Assembly (NCBI GenBank): GCA_965644295.1
Contig: CBFFRP010000338.1
Span: 124,001 to 188,000, forward strand
DNA length: 64,000 bases
Direction of reading: 5' to 3'
From: Paraphysomonas bandaiensis
Taxonomy: Eukaryota > Protista > Chrysophyceae
Made by a program: the position numbers and the translations under genes. Below, in pieces: positions 1 through 12,033 of the stretch (the stretch's first letter is position 1; each line of letters begins with the position of its first letter). A model generated the notes under the pieces. The model saw only the letters and a list, made by a program, of their open reading frames with translations. It made no database searches and had not been told where the DNA came from.

Positions 1-65
1 AGCAAGAAGACGATCATCGTGAGTAGCATGCGTCACTCAGGAGTCTCCTATTGATATCCTGCACC

Positions 66-2983
66 ATGTCTCGCCTTTGCCATGTTGTGGTGTGGTCCTG
101 TTTGCTACTAGGGCTTGTGTGGCCATCTTCTTCAAAGCAGTGTGATCACCATGTCGCTAATTATGCAATCGATAAAGTGACAACAGAAGGAGATCATCCA
201 GTTGCTCACATAGAGGGACTTACCTGTGCTAAAACTTTTCCCAGTGCAACCGCATTGGCATCTAGTTACCTCTGTGAGGCTTTTCTTGCTGCAAACAGAG
301 AGATATCTGCCTACAACAATGCAGTGTATACTCTTGAGCGCCTACCTTATGATGCACGTGCTCTAGCTTGCCTGTCTGCAATTTATATGAAATCAAGAAG
401 TTATATACGAGCATTCTTTTACGCAGAGATTGCAAGTAGATACATCTCTTCTAATCGCAGTACATTACACTCATGTAATCCAGAGGAATATATGGTTCGA
501 ATATCCAAAACTTTTCCTAATGCTGCGAATCCGTCATTGACAAATGTCGGAAGTTGTTTGTTAGATAGTTTTTACCAACGCATAGTTCATAGCATAAACG
601 GAACACTGACTCTGTACTCTGTTGTTCTTCGATATATGGACATAATGCCCCCAACATACAGGGGCCTCCCCTATATATACATCTACGAAATGTTTCTCGA
701 ATCAGTAGAAATTCTACTCGCTGGCCACTGTCCAAAGAGTGATTTGGTGGTCTCTAGACACATCAATCCGGTTGCATGGGATGCAGAACGTGTAATAAAC
801 ATACTATCGCACCCTCATTCCGCTCCCACATTTTCAGAAACTGCGTTCGGGCTGTCAGATGGTCTAAATAACATTCACGTCCCAAACCGCATATCTACAG
901 TATCTTTGACAGATCAGCGTTTTGTTTCCATACATAGTGTAGCACCACCTTTTTCGGATTTGTGGAGGGGACATGGAAGAGAAATTCGGTGGAATTTTGA
1001 GAAAAATCCAAAAGTTTGTATGCCAGACGAATCTCCTGGATTCTTCAGTACCGAATGTGGCACTTCAGAGGCAAGGTTTTACTTTGAGTACATGTCTCGT
1101 ATGACCTGTATATGGGAGTCTATCCCTTCAAACATGGCGAAGTGGGCAGACAAGGCAGCGTCGAACTCAGATTTGCTTTCGTGTGGGCCATACCTTGTAC
1201 CTCTCCTCCTCCCAAACAACCTCATTGCACGATCTCTTGTCTTGCAGCGCTTTAGTAGTAAGTAGCATGATGTTTATCAACTTGCTGATGTAGTTCACGA
1301 TGTATCGAATTTCCGATGCAGGTATGTTTTCGGTTGGTGATGTTGACCTCAGTCGGCCAATAGATGTACTTTTCTATGGTGGAAAAAACCCTCACCGCGA
1401 ACAGGTGAAAAGGATTATCGAGCGCAAACTGGTTGAGGAGCACGGTCTGCGAGTCGTATTTGCAATGGACTATAATCTTTTCGGTATAGCAAGAGAAGTG
1501 GCTATTGAAAACGCAAAGGTATGCCTGATCTATGTATTCGACTCTATAATATTGAGGCTGTTCCTATAGATAATATTGAATCTCGGGAATACTCCATGGC
1601 CTCCAGCGAATTCTGAAACGCATAGAAGGGAGCACTGTCGTGCCCCCGCGAACTATCACCGAATACGTGCTCTTCTAGCCCGAGGCAAGATGGTTGTGAG
1701 TGAGGTTGGTACTCAATTGCCAATCCTATCACACATGATGGTACACGTTTAACAGCGGACTGGAATGACGTATGATGAGGAGATTTTGGGTGGGGTAGTA
1801 GTGTTTTCAGATACTGACACTTTACCAGATGCTTTACTAGCGTTGCTAAGTGACCCCCTATCTCGGCGAGGAGCAGAAGAGCGGGCTCTGCAATATATCC
1901 TTGAGGATCATACCCAGCCATCTGTCACGCTATCCAACGGCAGTGCATGGCCCTCTTCCATTAGTCACCTTTCTGTTGCCGTGTCCTTACTCGCCAGTGA
2001 CCTCCGGAAGGATTCATCTGGTGAAAATTACAATCATGTTGGCTTAAATGGCTCCGCCTTGTTTTGGTTATTAGATCAATGCTTTGTGAAACCAATGCCA
2101 ATTATAGGGGAGTTCATGTGGTATTGGACCGCCACGTTTCGCACGACGAATATTTCATCAGCTTGTCATAATATCATGGACACTAACCTGCTAGTGGGGT
2201 ATGTTTCTCGAAAGTTCTACTTTCAAGGTGAGTTCAAAATGTCATCGAGCACTTCCGTGCGCTGATTGTGTTTCAGTGTATCTTGAGGTGGGATGCAGTT
2301 CAGATCAGGCTGGTGATGCTGTGTACGATACGATGACTCATCGCTATTGTATTCGGACTTATGACGACTGCTCGTGTTCTGGAAAGCACATAAACATAGC
2401 TAATAATCTTGAGAGCTTTCTTGTCTCTTCTTTTGCTCGACTGCCCCACAGTGTTGAAGTTTCTCTTGTTCGCGTACAGGACATGACCTCAGATGTACTG
2501 ACAGCTGTCGTAGAAAGAATTATGAAGAAATTAATTTATAGAGGGATTATTATCATATCTGGGTTGTGGCCACTGCTTGCAGCGGCTTCTGAATCATTGA
2601 GAGGACTCTGGAAAGTGAGTTTAACGTTAATTTGATAACTAGATTTTCTTATGTCGTACAGGTCATTACAATTATCCGTTCCATGAGAGACTATGACTGC
2701 GCCCTGGGTTACTTTGATGGGTATACGTGCAGTATATTTATTCTACTAAAGTTGATTTATTTCTGTTTTCAGGGGTGTATTAGTGGTGATGAAGAGAAGT
2801 AATCCTGTTGTGCTACCTCTGCATTGTGGAATAGATAATAGTGTCAAAGAATTTTCCGACTTTATTGATAGATATGTTCCCGTCTTAAACATACATGAAT
2901 TAGATGAGTGGCTGTCAGATGACTTGGCTACTACTATGTATATAGATAAGAATGAAAAATATTGTGAAATGGACGTAATATAG
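66..2983 (+). CDS. Secreted/membrane multi-exon protein with a glycosyltransferase-like central region and possibly a degenerate methyltransferase-like C-terminal region
   Basis: ATG at 66 is followed by a signal-peptide-like segment (MSRLCHVVVWSCLLLGLVWPSSS). Consecutive + ORFs are joined by GT-AG introns. Motifs DVLFYG..N..R, G..REVAIENAKIILNL and RIRALLARGKMVVSE are typical of GT-B-like proteins. YLEVGC occurs downstream. Confidence 0.55.
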
Positions 2984-3349
2984 AGTTGTCAATAAGACCT
3001 ATAAAACAATATTAAATCTCATCAATTAAGAAAAATTCATATTTTGCCACCGTCTCTTGTATTGCGCTTATTGAAACCTTGGTGATAGTCACTCAAGAAA
3101 TGGAGACCGAGAGTGAGTGTACTTCGAATTTACCGCCGAACATATTTTCTCGATTTCACAGCAGAGTATGCAGTCTTACGCAAGACGCAAGTATATAACA
3201 AGTGCCCCCTTGCTCGGGGCAATGATAATGTCGATGAACATGGTGACAGTGATCCTGATTAGGAATATGACTTCGATAAAGTTGTGGTTTTAATTGGCTG
3301 CTAAGCAATATTCCATTTAAGTTTTGCGGACTTGTATTAAAGTATGTTT

Positions 3350-3900
3350 TTCTCGTACTAGACGGCAATATAAATCTTAAATGTCGAGGAGTTCAGCTCT
3401 TGCGCAAACCCGTCACAACAATTGTAGCTCTACTGAACAACCTTTCAAACTTATTGGTTGGGCATGCAAGTAATTCATGCTGCGGTAGCGAGTTTGCTAA
3501 TCACGTCTTGCTAGCTTCCACTCCCTGCTACCATCAATCAAACGTTGCGCTGCGTCGTCATTTGGAACTAGACTTGCATTGTCATAATCTTATTCATGCT
3601 CATCGAGCAAACGTATTCGAATTTGATTTTTTTCCGTCCGAGTTATTAGGGCTTCGTTGCCACATTGAATCTTCACGACTGCCTTTTTGTAAGCATCGTT
3701 ATGAATAATAGCAGCACTGTCGCCCAGATGACGCTCGAAAGTCGGGTGCCTTATGATGCGTTTGTCAAACAATGTACAAACGTCGTGGAGGTCGAGCTGG
3801 TGTTCACCTTCCTTCTGTAATTGTAATTACATAATTGCACGAGCTTGGCATTCTCCTTTTCACTTGGTATTAGACTTAGCACGTCGGAACCAAATTAGCA
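3350..3900 (-). pseudogene. Decayed hAT-type transposase remnant
   Basis: Broken minus-strand frames give QLQKEGEHQLDLHDVCTLFDKRIIRHPTFERHLGDSAAIIHNDAYKKAVVKI and CPTNKFERLFSRATIVVTGLRK. The latter matches the ERLFS motif of the hAT C-terminal dimerisation domain. Stops and frameshifts are present. Confidence 0.65.
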
Positions 3901-4361
3901 TGATCGCAAATGATTAGATACAAGCAAGTGTGGAGCCCCTTCTCCTACAGGACAAGTCACTATTGCAGTCTCCTTTATTTTTTTCAAAGAACACTCGTGC
4001 AATGACTTTTGGTACCACTTTATCGCTGATATTGCTGATTTATTAAATGAATTACTATGTGAAATAGTTCTATGGATATTATAGTCTTTCACCAATCTTC
4101 GATTTTTCCTAAAATTGGATTTTTTCATTTAATAACTTTTTAGCATAAAAAGGTGGCATTTTTATATCAATTAATTGACAATTAATTGAAGCTAGCTGGA
4201 GTCACTTATAATTGCAACTATGATTTGATGTCCCAATTTCAATTATTGCGTTTCAATAGCATTAAAATTAACTAGGGATATGGAGAATATATTGAAATTG
4301 TGTTTTAAGTATGAATTGTGCCAATACAATTGGTTATAAATTTAATATCGATGGCACAATA

Positions 4362-4540
4362 CACCTTGGTGCTTGCGGCGACGCACAAGCAGCTTCTGTA
4401 GAGCTAAATAGTAGGATAATAGAATTTGTACTGATTAGTTATGGGTAGAGGTCTAAATAGTATGTATAGCATTCAACGAAGCCGCTACATCGGTGCAGGT
4501 TTATAACGCCTATTGCTAAATAATAAGACTTTCTATTACA
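4362..4540 (+). repeat. Dispersed repeat family X (terminal arm with GC hairpin), copy 1
   Basis: Nearly identical to the reverse complement of 49275-49462 and similar to 18510-18667 and 31520-31680. Contains TGCTTGCGGCGACGCACAAGCA. Confidence 0.85.
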
Positions 4541-4977
4541 TCTGGGCTGAGTAAAAATTAAAATTTAATTAATTGGCCCAGATTTTTAGTCAACTAAATT
4601 TGCAATTTTTTCTTGTTGTCCCATTAATTGTTACGCATTACGCACCCCTGCAGTACATATATTATACTTGCAGAACACTTCCTTTTTTGCGTATAATACT
4701 GTTAATATTTATACTACTTTATATTTGTTCTTTATTATTGAAAGTGGTTTACACATAAGCGATAAATCAATTGGAACATATCGGGACACTGGTATTCTCT
4801 GTTTTATCATGGGCAAAAAGTAAGAGCCTGTGTTATTGCATTGCTGTCATCGACATTCTTCCAATAATAAAATAGAATAAATTAAATATTATCGTCATAG
4901 GGTGACAAAAAAGTATCATATCAAGTAGTATGCAAACTATGAAATAACCAGACTACAAGTATGGTACCTGTTCAAAA

Positions 4978-5581
4978 TCAGCTGATAATGCAGCAGCCTT
5001 CCTTGGGTCTCATATCAACCAAATGTGCACGCATTGTCAATTTTCCTTTCTGCTTGTCTTCAGTTTTAGATCTATGGGTTAGATCGAATGATAATGTAAA
5101 ATCTTTGTTGGGTTTCGGAATTGCTACCGCGACACTTTCTCTTCCAATGCCCACGTGCTTCCTAGCACCGATGATACTTTTATTCAATACCTCAACAATA
5201 ATCTAAAAGAACAATCAGCAAACAATAGTATTATATTAAATCTTTTACATCTTCTCGCAGATCTTCCTCAGTGACATCTAGACGGAACTTCTCGGGAAAA
5301 GTTGCATTCGTTCCAGCGTCTTCCTGTCTGAAGCAACACTATATTAAAACTATGCAACGTAATCAAGCTATATGACCACACCTCTCCGTTTCACATGTTG
5401 CTTTTCCGATTTGTATACTAACTAAAGGGTCCTGCTTATCAAAGTAAGACCCTGTGTCCTCCAGGTCACTGACCACTATGCTGTCTATCACTACATACAG
5501 CAGTCCTGTGTCACCGTTATTTAGTGATGAAAACTCATTATCGCCACGGCCACGGGGGCTTTCAGCTCCACGAACCTCCAT
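4978..5581 (-). CDS. C2-domain protein with C-terminal CCIIS (CaaX) motif, 3 exons
   Basis: Exons 5581-5382, 5327-5249 and 5202-4978 join in frame across GT-AG introns. C2-like motifs: DLEDTGSYFDKQDPLVSIQIG, T.RQEDAGTNATFPEKF, IIVEV. The protein ends GCCIIS*. Confidence 0.8.
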
Positions 5582-6000
5582 GTAAATGCAATCTTTATAT
5601 CTGTGGGGGTTAATTCATGACTGCTCAACCCCGGCCTGCACTAGGCAGATCCGTTCCAAATATGGGATATTTTAGCCATGAAATCTCACTATTTTTTATA
5701 GTGGACGAAAAAACACCATATTTCAGACCAAATTGGTAACCAAAAAGTGATAGTTTTCATGTTCAGATGACGAATGGTCAGAAAAGCACTGTTTTTATGG
5801 TTCCGAGTCCCTTAGGCCCACTCCATATAGTGCAGGATCTAAAATATTCATACGTATTCTATAGTGTATACCTGTGCGTATTATGGATCTTGCATGTGTA
5901 CAGGATTCAACAGCAATCTTCATATGTTATTAACGACCCACTTAACTGCATAATTCATACTTAACTCTATTGCAAATTGAGCATTATAACTGTCTTGACA

Positions 6001-9000
6001 ATGGGTAACGACCATTCACATAAACAAGGTGAAGACAAAGGCAGACAGAATGTCAAGGGAGTTGAATCTCGTGTTCCATTTAGCAATACATGTGACGAGA
6101 GCAAGACGCCAGTTAACTCACCTGATAAAAAACCAAGAAGAAAATCTCGTAAGAGTAAAGGAGGGAAAATAGATAGTGATAGTGCTCCACTTGAAAAGCC
6201 AACAATTCATACAATAGCTGATAACGTGTATCTCTATGCGACAAAGATAGAGGGCGATGTGCCTTGTATCTCTTATGAAGTGGAGTGCTCAAGAATGAAT
6301 CAAGCCGATATAACCATCGACTTTTCTAACTCAACCAATATGGAAATTCCGAAGCGTCATGGATCACTAGTTGTTAGTTGTGTGGCACAGCCGTTTGTGC
6401 GGACTTCTGTATGCCAGCTCAGAGCAGTTAACTCCACTCAGTTTTGGGAAATATCTTTCTCTGTGGCAGTCAAGTTTTCAGAACCTGACCAAGACTTTCT
6501 AGAACGTGTGATGGAGTATCAGAACGACGAATTAGAAGAGAGGATTGAATCAGCCAAAGCATTAAATCTTTCGTCCGATGAAGTCGTCAGGTTGGAATAT
6601 GCTAATTTGCAAAGCATAGGTTGATTTTTGTGCAGTAATATCACAGAGGTGGCAGATGAACAAAGTATGAGTTATATCGACCCAGATTTTCCACCAAAGG
6701 CCATATCTTTGTATGAAACGAACTCTTCTTGGGCGAAGGGTCAGGGTTGGGGAGAGGGTGTTGTGGAAGCTATGCAGAATGCTGAGGAGCGTGCCAAGGA
6801 AGAACTTATAGTCTGGCGGCGCCCTGCTGAGTTCAGCGACGAACCATTTCAACTCTTTCATGACGATATTGAGGCGGAAGATATTACCCAAGGGAGGTTA
6901 GGGGATTGCTGGTTTCTGTGTGCTGTGGCAGCCCTTGCGGAGTTCCCTCATTTAATCAGGGCTTTGTTTCCGGATGCAGATACCGGCACCAGTACGGAAG
7001 GAATGTACCGACTACGGTTCTGTAAAAATGGGAGATGGCAAGAAGTTACGGTCGATGACTATTTTCCATGCGCCCCTGGGGGGCGCCCTGTGTACGCTCG
7101 CTCTCACGGTAATGAACTCTGGGCTATGCTTCTTGAAAAGGCGTATGCTAAGGTAAGTTAACTTTATTGTGGTGATGAATTACTGTGAAATTGATTATTT
7201 TTCATATGACTTTCTGCTAATTGACACCGTTATTTTCTACTTGCTAAGTGTAATGCGTACTACGTTTCGTGTGTGATAGCTACACGGGTCGTACCAAGCG
7301 CTCAGTATGGGGTGGGCTTACGAAGCAATGATGGATATGACGGGTATCGTAATCCATGCCACTTTGCTTCACTACTAATATGAGTTACAGGAGCACCATG
7401 TACAACTTATCGGTTTTCTGTTGAATCTGTTGCTGAGTCCATTGAAAACGGTACATTTTGGGACCGTCTTGTTGAGATGGACACTCAGGGGTATATCATG
7501 TCGGCATCAACTCCAGGAGAGGACACATACACCACTACCAACAACAAGGCCCCGGACTCAGGACTTATACCTGGGCATGCATATACTCTCATTGCAGTCA
7601 AAACTCTCTCAAATGGAGTGAAGCTCGTACATGTGAGTTTGTTTGTGTCTGTCCTGTAGAAATCCTCATCCACGGTCGTGTATTGAATAGATACGTAATC
7701 CTTGGGGAGTGGTAGAGTGGAAGGGCGATTGGAGTGATTACAGTTTGCTGTGGACCCCAGAGCTGCGACAAGAGCTCGGTGCGGAGTACGCCGATGACAA
7801 AAGCACAGACGATGGGGCATTTTGGATGTCATATACTGATATGATAAAGAACTTTAGTGGCATTAATGTGTGCCAAGTGCGTACTCCTGGAATACATCCT
7901 AATCCCTGGCATGAAAAGCGAAAGAAGTCTTTTTTCGTTTACGACAGCAGTTCTAATCAGCTTAGCACGTATATGTTCAGGTAGAATACTATATGTTACG
8001 CTTTGCTTTCGTAATGTTTTCTATGGTGTACCACGCAGTCTGGAAGTTGAACAACAATGTCGGGCGGTTGTTTCCATACATCAAACGGACAGACGCGTCG
8101 TGGGGGCACAGCCGTATATTGACATAGGGGTCACGGTTCTGCGCCAGACCGGTACGTAGCACAGTGTACGTGCATGTCACGGTCTTATAAGGATGCAGGG
8201 GGAAGCTTTATGTTAGTAGGTTCTTCTGGGTGCACAGTGGAACGTCAGGCAACTTGTGAGGTTGATTTATTTCCTGGAGAGAAATATATTGTTGTGCCAT
8301 GCACTACTACCGCCAAATTTATGCAACAAGCAAAGTATGTACCATTTAGATGTTTATCATAAATTTGCTTCATTATCGTACTCTAATGACTCAGAAAAAC
8401 TCAACCAACCCCCGTACGACTTTTAAATGAAAGTGGCGTTGCATTCACTCGAGCAGGTGATAAATGTGTACAAGAGGTATTTGAACGCCTTAACATGGAT
8501 ATGGATGGCTACCTTTCGAGAAAAGAGATTATTAGGTTTCTAAAGGCCACACAGCCTCAAATGGAGTCAGAGCAGGTGTTTATTTGCATACATGTCGTTC
8601 TTCTGTAAGCACTCTTATGTACACTGCTTTTAGTACCGTGCTAAATCGAAGAAAGTACTACGCCACTTTGATTCGACTCGTACGGGGCTGACCCTTAAGG
8701 GTTTTCGACTTGCCTTGTTGTCAAGCGAAGCATATGGCCTGCGACCTGGTATGACGAGAGATGAAAGAGAGAACGCTTTGATGAGAGACCTCATATCTCT
8801 TGGATATGATGAGAACCTCAACCTGGTTGGGTCAAGAGGGTGTGTCATTTCGGTGCATTCGGAGGCACCTGTCGTGATGAAAACACAGCCTTTTACGCAG
8901 AACATATATGATGAAGCAATGGAGCTCCCGATATTGGCAGAAGGCAAAAAAACGGATTACGAAAATGGCGGATTCACTGTGTACAATAAATACAATGGTT

Positions 9001-9233
9001 TCGCTGGTATGTCAATTCTAGTTGCGAACAACAAAGAAGAAACTAATTTGAAAATAACAATGACTGTAAGTGGAGAAAATGTTATTTCCCACAGGGGGAT
9101 GCTTGCGTATACTGCGACCGTTCCTCCAATGGAGGCTTGTGTATTGCACCACTTGGCTCCTGCAGTTGAACCAGGGGCATGGTCGTGTAAGTTTTCTCTA
9201 ACTTACCTGAGGGAGAAGGCCATATCGACATGA
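6001..9233 (+). CDS. Calpain-family cysteine protease (CysPc, domain III, EF-hand-like), likely N-myristoylated
   Basis: Catalytic motifs QGRLGDCWFL, GHAY and IRNPWG, plus DDYFP and LWAMLLEKAYAK. EF-like loop NMDMDGYLSRKE. N-terminus MGNDHS. About 9 exons joined by GT-AG introns. Confidence 0.93.
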
Positions 9234-9801
9234 GAACAACGTCGTGCCTTAAAAGTAGTGGGTATGTCTTTTTACATAGGGATAGTTTTTTAGTGTGTCG
9301 TTCTAATAATTTGTATCTGAAATACTAATTGCTGATAACACATTTCTATGGGCCTTGAATTATTTTGGTGCAAGCAGTATGAATTTGTAGTACTCATATG
9401 TCTTCGGTTTTTAAATAGTGTATACGCGTATTTACAATGTGCCAAATGATACTGTTGTGTATGGTATGTGTTCGTTAGCTCCGCTATGATGAATGTGGTG
9501 AACGCCCTCATAGTGTATGCCACCAGAATATGCTACACGCTACAGATCTTATTAAAATCAGCAAATTAATATCGTTGGCATGACTCTAGGTTGCGTTCAC
9601 GACAGGTTCATCAATGTTTATTGCGCCTATGGCCTATACATACTCAAGATAGAGCACATACAACGTAAATAACAATCTGGTTACGTGTTTGGGCCTTGAA
9701 ACCTCGAACAGTTATAATGCAGATGACAATAAGACCAGATTTCTACAGCTAACTTATGTAACTATTTCTACAGATTTCACGTCCAACTATAAACAGCGCA
9801 G

Positions 9802-11321
9802 CTAACATGCGAAGTTTCCCATGTCTAAAAAGTCTGCAACATCAGCCATCTCGCGTTTTCTCGCTTGCTCGTTTTGCCACGCCCGCTCGATAGTCTTAAC
9901 ATCTTCTGGCCAATCTGGGTGCCATATACGCCTGTCGCATACGGGACATTGGCGAATAAAGGGCGGTGTTGTAAGCCAATTATCAAGACAGGAAAAGTGC
10001 AGCCAATGGCCACAAAACGTGCGCATTGGCCGGAATGCCGCAGCATTCTTTGCTTTCTTACCACTTGTTGTATTATATTCAGTGGGGTTTTCAGGGAGAA
10101 CAGGTTTTCCACAGCTCTGACAAGGCTCTGACGGCATTCGCCGAACATATTCCTGCACCAGAAAGGTGGCCACCGGAAGAAGTGAGGGTTGAGCGGTGTC
10201 ACTAATCTTCGTCCGCATAAGGGCCTCGACTTCCCTCTGCTCCTGCTGCCGCATGGCTGCAAGTTGTTCAGCGTCACTTGCTGCCTCAGACTTGGCGAGT
10301 CGTCGCAAATCTTTGCGCGCCTCTCGTCGGGCTGCAGTGGAGTGCGCAAGACCCTGATTGCGCTTGTCTTTTGATACGTTGACGTCTCGCAGGTCAGTCA
10401 TTTGTTTCAATACATCCACATCATGTTTGAGAGACTTTAGGTTCTCGGTTGTCAAACGTACCGCCGGAGCACCGATTTCCGACGTAGTTCGCGAGGTAAC
10501 AGCAGACCGGTTGGTGGGCTAAAGATCGAAGTGCAAGTGATATCATGAACAAACCCTAACGGTGATCAAGTACCTGAGTAGCTTGTTCTGCTGTACACCC
10601 AGCGACACATCGGCGGCATATCTCTTCCGCTTGTGAGAGAAATATAGATTGTATATCTTGAGGGAACGAGGACGCTTTAAATTCAATCTCCACTCCTTCC
10701 TCGGGATATGTATAAGGCACCCGAAGGTTAATGGATTGTTTATAAGCTCCCTGTCTGAGGCGTAACTGTAGAATACCTTCCTTTTCATCAGCACCAATCT
10801 TACCCAGGCCATTGCACAAACCCATCACTTGTTTAACCTCTTTCCAACATGACGTGAAAAGATTCATGTGAATGAAGTCGTCCATAAGTGTGAATATCGT
10901 TTGCACCTGCGGGGAGCCTAGTTGATTTCGGGCCGCTTCAAGACACTCCTTCTCCTTGTTCCGAAGCAAAGGTTGTGGGAGAGAAGGACTCGTTAGCTCA
11001 ACTATAGGAACCTCATCAGGATATTGGGGCGTGTACTGTATTCTCAACTGCACTCTGGAATACGCAGTGCGCCTATGTGTGATACCATTAACAACAATAC
11101 ATAAAACTTTATAACTCATACATAATCACGACTGTAACGTATTCTTTGGTTAATGTTAATACAGCAGCAGGTGGCAGTGTCTCTCGTATGAAGATATGGT
11201 CACTCTGTATGGCTTTATTGACGATCACATCACTTCTCTCTTCTTCTTCAGTTACTGATTGATTCTTTGTCTCAGATATATCATCTTCAGTCCTCTCAGT
11301 GCTATCGTCAATGAATTCCAT
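9802..11321 (-). CDS. RWD-domain / C-terminal RING-type zinc finger protein (putative E3 ligase)
   Basis: RWD motif YPDEVP, and a second YPEEG. C-terminal CQSC...CGHWLHFSC..W......CPVC. Three ORFs are linked by short introns. Confidence 0.8.
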
Positions 11322-12033
11322 GACGTTCACAACAGCTCTTAAGAATGATATGAAGCTCTCACTGTTATCTCACTGTCAATCAGAGCTGAGAATACAGAAT
11401 AAATACTGTGTATATGATTCATTATACTGTGGGAGGGAAAAGTCGGCCAGGAGGGAAGAATATGTCGACGAGGCTAAAAAATCGCCCTTTTTATACAGTG
11501 TTGGACAAAAAAGGTGCATGTGTCAAAATCAGGGTTCAGGGTTTTTACACTGAGCAAGAATGAAAATATATATCATTAAAAAACAGTGTACAGCTAAAAA
11601 CCTTGCTGGTTGGGAGTTTTTGTCTCGTCGAATTTGGACGGATCAAAAATTAGGATCGTCGGTTTTTCGGCGATACCAAAAAAAGTGATATTTTCGCTAA
11701 AAACCATAAGCACTGATGTCCAATAACCAATACAAGGGATAATTGGATGAGCAGCGTTCCCACAAGAACCCATCACAACAACCATATAATACCATGTCAG
11801 TCAACCCATATCGTACGTCTCCCCATTTCTTGTCCAGTCTCGTCAACACACACTGTATAAGTATCGTTTCGACTGGTATGTACACTGTATCGTATATTCC
11901 GAATACTCTGATATTAAACATCTCAACCCTCCCTTATATCGTATAGAGATAGTATTATAGATACCCCCGACATGAAACATCTCAACTACATGTATATCTA
12001 CATTAAACTTAACTTACATCTAGAAGATTAAAC

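Noticed and set aside
6590-6640. Stop-codon readthrough or alternative genetic code between in-frame calpain ORFs
   Set aside because: The TGA lies in a short GT-AG intron. The abutting ORFs at ~21950 and ~39670 are likewise explained by introns.
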